Source of the DNA: a virus
Taxonomy: Duplodnaviria > Caudoviricetes
IMG/VR virus record: IMGVR_UViG_3300037067_007515
Span: 5,202 to 69,201 of that record
Direction: 5' to 3' (one strand)
DNA: 64,000 bases
In this document: piece after piece, positions 6,998 to 16,685 of the stretch
How positions within the stretch are numbered: position 1 is the first letter of the stretch
Layout of the letters: each line of letters opens with the position of its first letter
Made by a program: the position numbers and the translations under genes
Notes under the pieces: model-generated
The model's input: the letters and a program-made list of their open reading frames with translations, nothing else
What the model was told of the DNA's origin: nothing
Database searches by the model: none

Positions 6998-9900
6998 CAG
7001 TCCTCCCTGTCCTCCGGCGGCCCTCCGATGAGCCACCACGCATCGCCCTCGGTGAAGGCGCGGATTATCCGCTGCACGGGCACCGCTCCTCCGAATCCCA
7101 GGAGCCGGAGAGCCGATGGAGCCGCATTGATCGCCGCTTTCAGAAGGCCTTCGGTGTCGCCCTCCTGCGCCTCCTTCACGATCTTCGCTCCCCTTTGGAT
7201 GGTCTCGGCGATGGGGGCCTTCAGCGTGCTTCCGTAGAGGGTCGATCCGTAGGCCGGCTTTCCCGCCACCGTCGAAACGAGGACATCCCCGACGAAAGGG
7301 GACGGGGCAAGGAACTGCGATACGATATCCTCCGCGATCTCCTTCTCGTCCTTGGGCAGGCGTTTACGGTCGATGGCGCCCATGATGATCCCGGTTATCG
7401 CGAAGGCCCCTCCGAGACGCACGGCCCACATGACCTTTTTCAGGGCCGCGAGCTCCCGGTTCTTCATTGCCGTGGGAAGATCGTGCCAGAGCATGTTGTA
7501 CATCTGGTTTAGCTGGTTCCCGAACAGCACGAGCCACTTTCCGGTCGGGCTCTTCTGAATGGACGTGAGGTCCTTCGTCTTGCCCTGGGGCTGCGTCCGG
7601 AGCGTGGCGTCCTTTGCGGCAGCGGTTGCGGCGGCTTCCTTGGTGGCCGCATCGCCCTCGGTCGTGGCGTAGACGTGGTCGTACACCCCTTTCCATCCGA
7701 TCAGGGCGGTGCCGAGATCGAACTGCTCGAGGGCCCACACGCCGAGCATGTTCGCGCGGTCCGCGAATCGCTTGGTCTTGTTCCACTGGCGGAGGTGCAT
7801 CTCCTCGAACTCGGGGTGCGCGACACGGTCCGCTATCTGAGGATCGTGAGATGTCACGAAGTCGTAGAGCTTCCGGCTACCGAAAAGCCACTGCGCCTGC
7901 GCGGAGTAGAGCCTGCCCGCGTTCGCGTACGGGAGGTAGAGCCACTTGGCGAACGTCGGCCAGTTCCTGGCGTAGCTGGTGAGATTCCAGGCGATCCCGC
8001 TCACCGTGACGTTCCCGCGAATCCGCTCGGATAGCTTGATGACTGGGTCCCACTCGTGGGAGTGCTTCGGGTTGGCTACGTCTGCGATGTACTGCTTGAC
8101 AATCCTGGCCATGTCCTCCCCGTGAGCCCGTACGATCTCCCTGAGTACCGTGGGGCGGGTGTAGACGTAGTTCATGTTCTCCACAACCTCCTGGTAGGCC
8201 AGGAGGTGCTCGTGCTTCTCGATCGCGTCGAGCGCTATCGCGAAAGCATTCAGGCTGATCTTCTTCGTGCTCTTCACTCGGCTGATCGAGCTTCCCTTGT
8301 TCACCCTACCTCTTCTTATTCCGGACCGGCCCGCGATGTCGTCGAGGATCTGCTCCTCGTGCTTCTCATAGAGCGCACCCTGGACTACGGTTGGGAAGTA
8401 CTTCTTCACCTCTTCCGTGTCCGAGTTGAGGTACTCAACGCAGAAGTCCAGGAAGCGATCCTTGTCCTTGCCCTCGAAGAGGGACATGAGGAAGTCGCCC
8501 ATCTGTTTCTGCTTCGGGGATAGCGAGCCAATGAGGATCGCCGCGCTCCTGTCGTTGATGCCGGTCTCGCCCATGAGGTGGCGCTTCGTGTCCTCGTTCT
8601 GCATGTAGATGTACACCGCGAGTGCTTGGTTCTTGTTGTAGACGTCCTCCCCTACCTTCACGAGGCGGAAGAAGTCGCGGGGTTTCAGCCCGAGCTCCTT
8701 CATCTTGGCCGGGATCTGCATCTTCCGCCGCAGGACGTTCACAACCTTCTCGTCCTCTGCGGCGTTCACGGCGCCTACCAAGAGTCGGGAGTTCGGTCCG
8801 TTCGGCTGGCCTCCATCAAGGATCTCCGCCAATCGGTTCGGGCGGGTGTTGATGAGGTCAAGGAGTGCGAGCTTTCCGGTCTCCACGGCTGTCGCGTACG
8901 ACTCGCTTCCGGTGCCGGTGGGCAGCGTCTTCTTCGGCTTCACGCTCGATAGCACCGGCAGGACGTCGTTCCAGAGGGCTTCCTTCTGGCGCATCCTCTC
9001 GTACTTCTTGCGGCCGAGAGCCTGGCGCCCCGCGGTCCGGAGGTCGTTTACCTCCTTCTGGTAGGCCTCGAGCTCCTCCACGGTCATGTCGCGCACGAGG
9101 CGCTGGTCGATGATCCTCTGCGCCTCCGCGGGTAGAGCCTTGCCGGGGTTCGCGTTCTTCCATGCCTGGAGCTTGTCGCGGAGTTGCTGGTGGGCGGTGA
9201 TGTCCTTCACCACGAGGCGGTCCTGCATCGCGCGGACTTCCCGGGCCTTGGCGACGGTCATGCCCTTCCCTGGCTTGCGCATGATCGACTTGATGAGGCG
9301 GTCGGCGTGCGCCTTTGTCTGCACGGCCTCCCGGTAGTCCTTCATGCGCTGCTTCTGTGCCGCGAGGGTAGCGGCTGCCTTCTCCTTCGTCGTTGCGAGC
9401 TTCGCCGCGGCCTTGTCGCGTTCCTCCCGGCGCGCCGCTATGACCGCTTTCTTCCCTTCGCGCTCGGCCTGGGCCAGGGCCGTCTCCGCCTGCTTGACCG
9501 TGGCCTCCTGGGCGGCCTGTTCCTCGGCGATCTGGGCGAGGAGGTCACGGGTCGTGGCCTTGGCGGTGATCTGCTCCGCTCCCGCACGCTCGGCGATCTC
9601 CTTCGCCTTCATGGTGGCGACGTCGGCGCGGAGCTGCTCTCGGAGGGTGCCGAGCTCCTGGCGGGAGGCGAGCTTCTCTATCTCGCCTATCTTCTTGGTG
9701 AGGAGCGCGTTCTGTCGGCGGAGCTCGCGGTTGGCTTCCTTCGCCTGCTCTATCGCCGCGGCGTCGGGGTCCGTCTCCTGCTCGCGGGCGATCTGGTCGG
9801 CCGCGGCCTCGTCTCCCAGGACCTGCGCGATGACGGCGCGGTACTTCGTGGGGTTGTCGCGGAGCTGCGCGAGGAGCTTGGCGCGGTGGGCATCGGAGAT

Positions 9901-12900
9901 CCCCTTGGGAGCCTTGTCGACGGCGGCCTTGAAGAGGTTGTGCACGTCCATCGTCGGGAGCTTGGGCTGGTCGCCCTCGGCCTCCCAGAGCTCGAGGAGG
10001 AGAGCATCGATCCCCTCGGGTGTCTCGATGCTTGCGAGGAACCGGGCGTTCTCGCGCGCGCGGCTCGGGGCTGCGGTCTGCGCGGTCTCCCACTCCTTGC
10101 GGATCTCCTCCTCGGGCTTTGGCTCGAGGCTCATGGCCTGCTCGAAGGCGACGTACTCCTCGGGGTCTGAGAAGGTTCGCGCTGACTCGTAGGCGGACTC
10201 CTGGTCCTCCTGCGTGTTGAAGAGGGTCTGCCCCCGCATGACGCTCTCGCGCATCTCGGGGGTGATGGGGAGGGAGTGGACGGTTGCCGCGTCGAGCGAG
10301 GTATCGCCTACCGCGGCTCCCCACTTCTTCCCGTACTTGTTGGCGAAGTCGACGAGCATCTTGTCGTAGAAGCCCTTCATGCCCTCGCCGCCCACCTTCA
10401 GATCGAGGCCCTCGAACGCCCCGCCTCCGCGCTCTACGATGCGCTGGGCCATCTCCTTTCCCACGATGTCCGATAGTTGGTTCTCGGGTATGTCCTCTTT
10501 CTCCAGAACGACGGTGCCTTCCTCCGTCCTGGCCTGCAAGGCCCAGGCGCCATCTTCTTGTTTGCCCGCGTCGAGGCGCGCTATCTGCTTGCTGAGGTCG
10601 TACCGCGCCGCCTGCTGCTCTCCCGTGGTCCACGCTACGGAGTCGAAGCCGTTCTCTGCCGCCCACCGGAGCATCCGCTTGAAGGCGAGCTCCGGCCAGG
10701 TCTTCGAGAAGGGAGCCGAAGGTACACGGGCACTCCGAAACTTGTCGTCAACAAAGGCCTGCGCTTTAGCTATGGCTTCCTCTTCCGATGGGCCGTAGAG
10801 CGCCTCAAAGGTCACGTGTTTACCCGATTCATCTATAGGCCAATACCATCCCGGCGGGAGATTCGATCCGACTTTGCTTTCTATTCCCGCGACCCTTGGA
10901 GGCGTGTCTGTGCTGTACCCCTTCTCCCTACCCGCTTGGTGCCAGTCGCTCTGGATCTCCTCCACGAAGAGCACGCGCTTGCCCTCGGCGTCGGTGCGCT
11001 CGTCGAAGCGCATGTGCACGAGCACGTTCTCTTCACCCCAGTGGGGGCTCGAATAGCTTACGGGGCGAGCCTCCCATTTAGCGCTAGCGGCTATGGTCTC
11101 CAGCGCGTTCGCAATGGCCCGTTCTTGGGTGGCTCCTGCGTTGCCGACGAGAGAACCGTCAGCCCTTACGACGGCCCACGGACGTCCTTCTTTCGCCTGA
11201 TAGGAATCGGGCGACAGTTTCTTCGTCGACATGCCTTCGGGAAGGGTAGTAACGGCAGATGTTTTTCTGGCGCCAAGTTCCGGGACGGTGATTAGTAGCT
11301 CGCGATAGTTCTCGCCGCCCGGGAGCACGTACCCCTCGAACTTGGTCTCCCCGGCCTCGAGGCCCATGCCGGGCTTGCCCTTCTCTACCTCCACGAGGGT
11401 GACGGCGTTCTCGGCAAGGTACTGCTGGACTTCGGCTGGGGTGAGCTTGCGATCCTCCGCGAGGAACTCGTCAAGCCCAGTCCACTTCAACTCATCCGGC
11501 TTCACCCCGGCGTTCGCGAGCATGGAACGGAGGGCCGAAGCCTGCATCGGCCCCTTCATCTTCTCCTCTACGGTTCGCGCCGATTTGAGGTAGAATGCAT
11601 CGCGGTCGCCGACGTTGAACAGGGTGTCGGTCTCCGCTTCTACGGAAGCCTCTGCGCCTTGCGTGGTCTGGGCGCCAAGCACGGAGTCGAACACCTTCCG
11701 CGTCTCCTCCGGGATCAGGTCCGCGTACTGCGTGCGGGCCCCGCGGAGGAGCTCGGCGAGCTCGCCCATGAGCGGCCGCATCTCCGTGTGTTCGGTCTCG
11801 CCAGTCTGGTAGAAGCGGATCATCGCCTCCGAGAAGCGCTCCTCTGCCTGCACCCCGGTGCCGAAGGTAGCCTGCACCTTGGCGCTCTCCTCCTCCGAGA
11901 GGTGGCGGCCGAAGACGTGGACGAACTCGTGCACAAGCGCCTTGAAGTCCGTCTGCTCCACGGCGTGGATGATCGCGCGCCCATCCTCGAGGAACTGCAC
12001 GGCGGCATTCGCTCCCGGCTGCTGCGCGACCGTAGCCTCTGCCTGCTCGCGGGATGCGAACACCCCCGGCGCGAAGGTCTGCGCGACGTAGTCGGCGGTG
12101 CTCTTGCCCTCGCGCTTGGCGCGGAAGTCCACCACGAGCCCCGCGGCCGTGGTCTCGCGCTCGGTGAACTGCGGTAGGTTCGCGCGGATAGCCTCGCGGA
12201 TGTCGGCGCCGAAGGGAGCGGCCGGCACCTGGGGAGCGGTCGGGAGAGTCTGCTCCTGCGAGCGTACGCCGTAGCGCTGCTGCGCCGCGACCACCTCGTC
12301 CTTCATCTCGGCGAGGTCGAGGATCTCGTTGACCTGGTCCGCGGAGATCTCCGGGGAGCTGTCGATTGCCGCTATCCTTGCGTCGAGCGCGGTCTGGACG
12401 GTGCTCGCGTGCTCCTCGAGCTTCGCAAGGGGAGCGGAGAGGTCGGGAGCTACAGCGGCCTCCGTGTCGGCCTCCTCCTGAGCGCGGAGGATGTCCTGGA
12501 TCTCCGTCTGCGAAGCCGCGATCTTGTCGCGGATCGTCTGTACCTCTGACACCTTGGGGGCGCCCGTCACGGACTCCTGCGTTATTCCCGGGGCCACGGC
12601 CTGGGCCGAGCGCTGGGCGATGTTGCTCGTTACCGTCGCCGCAACCGGGAGGGCCCCGGTCAGCATCATGGCGGGGAGGAACTGCTCGGTCATCGCGGCC
12701 AGTCGGTCGCTTAATACGGTTTCCCCCAGAACCTCCTTGTTGACCCACGCCTGCATCTCCGGTGGAAGCGAACTGGCCGGGAGGCCGAGAACCTTATCGT
12801 GCATCTCCTTGCCGAGTTCGGTACCGAGCCACGTCGTTACTTCCTGCGCCACCTCCTGGCCCATGTTCCCGGCGACACTCCCCGCGTACTTCGCCGCGAG

Positions 12901-13956
12901 CTGGAGCGCCTTGTTCTTGAGGAGGGGGCCGACGATGGCCTTGCGGGTGAGCGTAGAGAGGGCATCCCGAGCCACCTTGTCGGCTCCGGGGAACATGGCG
13001 ACAAACGTCGCCCATCCCGCCCACTCCGTGAGTTGGTTGATGGTCCCCACGGCCTGCGCGATCGGGAGAGCGATCTCCCGCGGTACCCCGGCCTCGCGCA
13101 TCTCCATGTAGGATCCGCCGGCCTCCTGCTCCCCCATCGACTTCCCGCCGCGCATGATGGAATAGGCGGTTTCGAGTTTCCGGACGATCTCCCCCGGCTG
13201 TTCGACGTACTTGTCGCCGGAGAGGAACCAGGGGACCATCATTTCCGCGCCCTCGCGCGCGAGGTTGACCACCCGCTCCGCCGCCCCCTTGAGACTCGTG
13301 TCCGCGCCCTCGCCGTACGCGGAGGCACCGGCCATGCGCTCGAACTGCTGCCCCGCAAGCCCCGCGCTTCCCACAAGCGCCGCGCGTCCCTTCTCCTCGA
13401 GCCACCCCAGGACGGTCTCGGGGTACGCCGGCGCGACGTCCTCGAGGCCCGGGAGCTGCGCCTGAAGCTTCTTGTACTCGGCGAGGTCTTCTTCCGTCTC
13501 CCCTGAGCGGAGCATGCGGGCGCCGATGATGTTCATACGTGTCGTTATGCGCTGGGCGGTCCACTCGGCGGGCATGGCCTGGTTGATGCGCTTCGCCTGC
13601 GGGTCCGACGAGTCTGCAAGGGCCCGCGCCTTCTGGAGGGCCTCGCTCATGGGCATCTTCATCGTCTGATTCATCGCCAGGGCCGTCCACATGAGGTCTC
13701 GGTTGTACGTGGGGTTGTCGCTCTTCGCTATCCTGAGCTGGAGGGCCGCCGGGATGGTGTTGTCCCATGTCGGTAGCTCGTCGGCCTCCGGAACGTACCA
13801 CGACCCGGAAGTCACCGCGGGCGTCGCGGTCTTGGGTTGCTGCTGGGGCTGGATGTCCGACAGGTCGAGCCCGGTATCGTCCTCGGGCGACGGCTCATCC
13901 TGTCCTACCTGAGCCGGGGCGGTAACCAAGTCGCTGAGGTCGAACTCGTCACCCAT
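6997..13956 (-). CDS. Giant internal virion (ejected) polyvalent protein, 2319 aa, with a zincin HExxH domain and a central variable domain
   Basis: Size and position after the nozzle and internal proteins; HEFVH at 11917-11931; central domain with VLFVEEIQSDWHQ. Confidence 0.8.
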   Translation of the reverse strand: MGDEFDLSDLVTAPAQVGQDEPSPEDDTGLDLSDIQPQQQPKTATPAVTSGSWYVPEADELPTWDNTIPAALQLRIAKSDNPTYNRDLMWTALAMNQTMKMPMSEALQKARALADSSDPQAKRINQAMPAEWTAQRITTRMNIIGARMLRSGETEEDLAEYKKLQAQLPGLEDVAPAYPETVLGWLEEKGRAALVGSAGLAGQQFERMAGASAYGEGADTSLKGAAERVVNLAREGAEMMVPWFLSGDKYVEQPGEIVRKLETAYSIMRGGKSMGEQEAGGSYMEMREAGVPREIALPIAQAVGTINQLTEWAGWATFVAMFPGADKVARDALSTLTRKAIVGPLLKNKALQLAAKYAGSVAGNMGQEVAQEVTTWLGTELGKEMHDKVLGLPASSLPPEMQAWVNKEVLGETVLSDRLAAMTEQFLPAMMLTGALPVAATVTSNIAQRSAQAVAPGITQESVTGAPKVSEVQTIRDKIAASQTEIQDILRAQEEADTEAAVAPDLSAPLAKLEEHASTVQTALDARIAAIDSSPEISADQVNEILDLAEMKDEVVAAQQRYGVRSQEQTLPTAPQVPAAPFGADIREAIRANLPQFTERETTAAGLVVDFRAKREGKSTADYVAQTFAPGVFASREQAEATVAQQPGANAAVQFLEDGRAIIHAVEQTDFKALVHEFVHVFGRHLSEEESAKVQATFGTGVQAEERFSEAMIRFYQTGETEHTEMRPLMGELAELLRGARTQYADLIPEETRKVFDSVLGAQTTQGAEASVEAETDTLFNVGDRDAFYLKSARTVEEKMKGPMQASALRSMLANAGVKPDELKWTGLDEFLAEDRKLTPAEVQQYLAENAVTLVEVEKGKPGMGLEAGETKFEGYVLPGGENYRELLITVPELGARKTSAVTTLPEGMSTKKLSPDSYQAKEGRPWAVVRADGSLVGNAGATQERAIANALETIAASAKWEARPVSYSSPHWGEENVLVHMRFDERTDAEGKRVLFVEEIQSDWHQAGREKGYSTDTPPRVAGIESKVGSNLPPGWYWPIDESGKHVTFEALYGPSEEEAIAKAQAFVDDKFRSARVPSAPFSKTWPELAFKRMLRWAAENGFDSVAWTTGEQQAARYDLSKQIARLDAGKQEDGAWALQARTEEGTVVLEKEDIPENQLSDIVGKEMAQRIVERGGGAFEGLDLKVGGEGMKGFYDKMLVDFANKYGKKWGAAVGDTSLDAATVHSLPITPEMRESVMRGQTLFNTQEDQESAYESARTFSDPEEYVAFEQAMSLEPKPEEEIRKEWETAQTAAPSRARENARFLASIETPEGIDALLLELWEAEGDQPKLPTMDVHNLFKAAVDKAPKGISDAHRAKLLAQLRDNPTKYRAVIAQVLGDEAAADQIAREQETDPDAAAIEQAKEANRELRRQNALLTKKIGEIEKLASRQELGTLREQLRADVATMKAKEIAERAGAEQITAKATTRDLLAQIAEEQAAQEATVKQAETALAQAEREGKKAVIAARREERDKAAAKLATTKEKAAATLAAQKQRMKDYREAVQTKAHADRLIKSIMRKPGKGMTVAKAREVRAMQDRLVVKDITAHQQLRDKLQAWKNANPGKALPAEAQRIIDQRLVRDMTVEELEAYQKEVNDLRTAGRQALGRKKYERMRQKEALWNDVLPVLSSVKPKKTLPTGTGSESYATAVETGKLALLDLINTRPNRLAEILDGGQPNGPNSRLLVGAVNAAEDEKVVNVLRRKMQIPAKMKELGLKPRDFFRLVKVGEDVYNKNQALAVYIYMQNEDTKRHLMGETGINDRSAAILIGSLSPKQKQMGDFLMSLFEGKDKDRFLDFCVEYLNSDTEEVKKYFPTVVQGALYEKHEEQILDDIAGRSGIRRGRVNKGSSISRVKSTKKISLNAFAIALDAIEKHEHLLAYQEVVENMNYVYTRPTVLREIVRAHGEDMARIVKQYIADVANPKHSHEWDPVIKLSERIRGNVTVSGIAWNLTSYARNWPTFAKWLYLPYANAGRLYSAQAQWLFGSRKLYDFVTSHDPQIADRVAHPEFEEMHLRQWNKTKRFADRANMLGVWALEQFDLGTALIGWKGVYDHVYATTEGDAATKEAAATAAAKDATLRTQPQGKTKDLTSIQKSPTGKWLVLFGNQLNQMYNMLWHDLPTAMKNRELAALKKVMWAVRLGGAFAITGIIMGAIDRKRLPKDEKEIAEDIVSQFLAPSPFVGDVLVSTVAGKPAYGSTLYGSTLKAPIAETIQRGAKIVKEAQEGDTEGLLKAAINAAPSALRLLGFGGAVPVQRIIRAFTEGDAWWLIGGPPEDRED

Positions 13957-13962
13957 GGCGCG

Positions 13963-16677
13963 CTACCACTGGAACACCTGTATCCACTCGCCGGCCTGCG
14001 GCTTTGCGGGGTCGGTCTGCATCTTGAACACCTGCGGCCGGATGACGCCGTCGACGCTCGGGTACCTGACCACGTAGAGCTCCTGGCCGGCTTGTGGCCT
14101 GATCGCTCCCGTGTCGGGGTTGTACTTCACGGGCGTGAGAGCGTAGAGGGTCTCGCCGGCATACCTGCCGGTTGTGACCGATGCCGTGTAGACCGCTGTC
14201 TTGACCCGTGTTCCGAGCCAGTTCTTGTCCACGATACCGGCCTTCGAGAGCACGTCGTTGTCAAGCTGGCGGACGCTCGGCGCCGTCTCTCCCTCGAAGC
14301 GGGCCTGTAGATCGGGTGGAAGCCTTGCGACCTCGCGGAGCGCCTCCTGGGCCGCGGCCATCTCGAATACGGAGCCGGAGGCGCCGGCACGGGAGGCGAA
14401 GCCCTCGGCATAGGCGGTCGGGCCTCCAAAGGTCTGCGCCATGATGGTCTGGAGAGACTCCTGCGCGGCCTTTCCCTCCTTAGCCTTCTTGTCCTCGAGG
14501 AAGCGGTCGCGCTCCGCACGCCACTCGGCGGGCTTGTCGCTCTTCTGGAAGAAGGCCTCCATCGCATCGACTCCGGAGATCATCTCGCGCATGATCGCCC
14601 GGGTCTCCTCGACGTTCTTGCCCTCCATCGCGGGGCCGTACGTGTCCCTGATGGAGTCGATGATCGCCTTCTTGTCGGCGTCGCCGTTGTACGGGTCTAT
14701 CTTCGCCGTCCAGATCGACCCATCTGATCCCGAGAGACCGCCCTTGACGACGAGGTCCTTGATTTCTTCGCGCTTGGTATCGCTGGTCTTGTGCGGGTCG
14801 TAGACTATCTCGAAAGCCTTCGCCTGTCCCTCGGCCGTGGTCTTGCCGAAAGAGCTGTTTGCCAGGAAGTTCCCGTGCAGGCTGTACCGGAGCGCAAGGA
14901 GGCCGTTGGCCTGGTCGGGGGTGATCTTCCCGGAGTCGCGCGCGGCCTCGATCTCGCCCTCCTCCACTGCGAGGTAGGGATCCTTGGCGTCGCCTTCCAT
15001 GGCGCCGTAGAGCTCCGACTCGATCCCGGAGGCGTACATCTTCGTTTGGTCCAGGGGCTTCCCTCCCCTGTTAATGTACTCCTGCTCCAGACTGTGCCGG
15101 AGCGCCAGGACTTCCTTGTAGCCTCCCGGCGACAACTGGCCCGCGGCAAGCGATAGCCGTAGCTCCTCGTCGCTAACCAGCACGTAGGGATCCTGCGGTG
15201 CCTTGTCGGCCATGTTCTTGTAGAGTCTGCCGGTGATCGCCGCGGCGAAAGCCGTCGTAGCGTCCGCTGGCTTCTCCCCTCGCGCGACGTAGTCGTTGTG
15301 AAGCTGCTGCCGGCGGGCAAGGAGCGAGTCGTGCTGCTCTGGACTGATTCTGCCCTCGGCAAGAGCCTGCTCGATCGTGCCGTCTGCGACCGCGACAAAG
15401 GGATCGACCGGCGAGCTCCCGCCGATGGCTCCGTAGAGGCTGGCGTTGATGCCCGCGGCGGCGATGGCCCGGGGGTCCGTGCCCTTCGGCGTCGTACCGA
15501 TGGCCTCCTGGAGATCTCCCTGTAGCGCCTTCGCGGCTTCCATCGAAAGGGTTGCGACGTTGCCCTCGGGGGGCGCGGCCATGGCGATGATCTTCGCCTC
15601 GTCGAACGGTGGCGGCCCCTGCATGCCCCCGCGCTTCCACCTCGCGAGGTCGGCTCGCATGCTGAGATCGTTGCGCTGCTGCGTGTTGATGACGACCTGG
15701 TCCGGGGCGATGTTGATGTACTTGTCGTAACGCTCACGGTAGGTCCTGACGTCTGCCTGGTGCGCGCGATCCACGGATACCTCGAACTTGGCCAGCACGT
15801 CCCGCGTGAGCTTCGTCGGGTCCATGGCGAGGATCTCGCGGAAGGCATCCCACTGCTTGGCGCCCTCTTCCTCCTTGATGCGGTCGATCTCCTTGACGCG
15901 GTAGTTCACTTCCTTCGCTACCACCTCTCGGGCTGCGATGCGCTTGGCGGGATCCCCATCCCAAAACGGCGTGTTGGCGTCGATCCAGGCGTCAGCGGCC
16001 TGCATGTTCCACCCCGCGGCCTTCGCCTGCTCCACCGCGGTACCTACCGCCCATGAGGACTCTATCTCCCGCTTCATCTTCTCCGAGTAGGCGGCGGCAT
16101 CGTCGGCCCGGCGGAGGCCGGTGTTGACGTCGGAGCGTAGCAGCGTGTCGACCTGCTGCATCCTCTGCTCCGGCGTGAAGTCTGTCTTCTCTGCCCAGTA
16201 GGTGATGTTCTGGTCGCTGTCGGCGATGAGCCGGTGCGTGGTCTCCGTGCTCCAGAGCTCCCAGACCTGGTCATAGTGCTGGACGGATCGCTGCTCGAGG
16301 GCCGCGAGGAGCTGCTCCTGTGCGGCCTTGTTCCGGAAGTTCTGGCGGATGAAGTCGCGCTGCGTACTGATGAGCGCGGCGTGGTCTGCGGTAAGGGACG
16401 CCTCGTCGATCTGCCCGAGGGTGAGCTGCGCTGAGGCTCCGGATTCTCCGGAGACTGACTTTGCTGAGCTCTCCGTATCTGCGGGCTTCGCCCAGCGCTT
16501 GTCCTTGATGGAGCGGTTGTAGGTGGAGAAGGCTCGGTCCATGGCGGAGAGGCCGGAGGAATACTGAGAGACGCGGTCGGCTTCGTTGAGGCGAGAGGAG
16601 AACGCGGTCAGGGACCGACTGAGGCTGTCGAGGCTCTCGGCCCACATTCCGGCTACGTTGACGTCGTAGTTACCCAT
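13963..16677 (-). CDS. Internal virion protein, 904 aa, with three ~70-aa repeats
   Basis: Position in the ejected-protein cluster; N-terminal ~235 aa nearly identical to 60944-63172. Confidence 0.7.
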   Translation of the reverse strand: MGNYDVNVAGMWAESLDSLSRSLTAFSSRLNEADRVSQYSSGLSAMDRAFSTYNRSIKDKRWAKPADTESSAKSVSGESGASAQLTLGQIDEASLTADHAALISTQRDFIRQNFRNKAAQEQLLAALEQRSVQHYDQVWELWSTETTHRLIADSDQNITYWAEKTDFTPEQRMQQVDTLLRSDVNTGLRRADDAAAYSEKMKREIESSWAVGTAVEQAKAAGWNMQAADAWIDANTPFWDGDPAKRIAAREVVAKEVNYRVKEIDRIKEEEGAKQWDAFREILAMDPTKLTRDVLAKFEVSVDRAHQADVRTYRERYDKYINIAPDQVVINTQQRNDLSMRADLARWKRGGMQGPPPFDEAKIIAMAAPPEGNVATLSMEAAKALQGDLQEAIGTTPKGTDPRAIAAAGINASLYGAIGGSSPVDPFVAVADGTIEQALAEGRISPEQHDSLLARRQQLHNDYVARGEKPADATTAFAAAITGRLYKNMADKAPQDPYVLVSDEELRLSLAAGQLSPGGYKEVLALRHSLEQEYINRGGKPLDQTKMYASGIESELYGAMEGDAKDPYLAVEEGEIEAARDSGKITPDQANGLLALRYSLHGNFLANSSFGKTTAEGQAKAFEIVYDPHKTSDTKREEIKDLVVKGGLSGSDGSIWTAKIDPYNGDADKKAIIDSIRDTYGPAMEGKNVEETRAIMREMISGVDAMEAFFQKSDKPAEWRAERDRFLEDKKAKEGKAAQESLQTIMAQTFGGPTAYAEGFASRAGASGSVFEMAAAQEALREVARLPPDLQARFEGETAPSVRQLDNDVLSKAGIVDKNWLGTRVKTAVYTASVTTGRYAGETLYALTPVKYNPDTGAIRPQAGQELYVVRYPSVDGVIRPQVFKMQTDPAKPQAGEWIQVFQW

Positions 16678-16685
16678 GCTCTCCC

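Noticed and set aside
4928-7000. Diversity-generating retroelement, expected from the BPP-1-like head genes
   Set aside because: No reverse transcriptase or Avd-like ORF, and no TR/VR pair differing only at adenines, was found in the complete unit; fibre differences are broad, not A-specific
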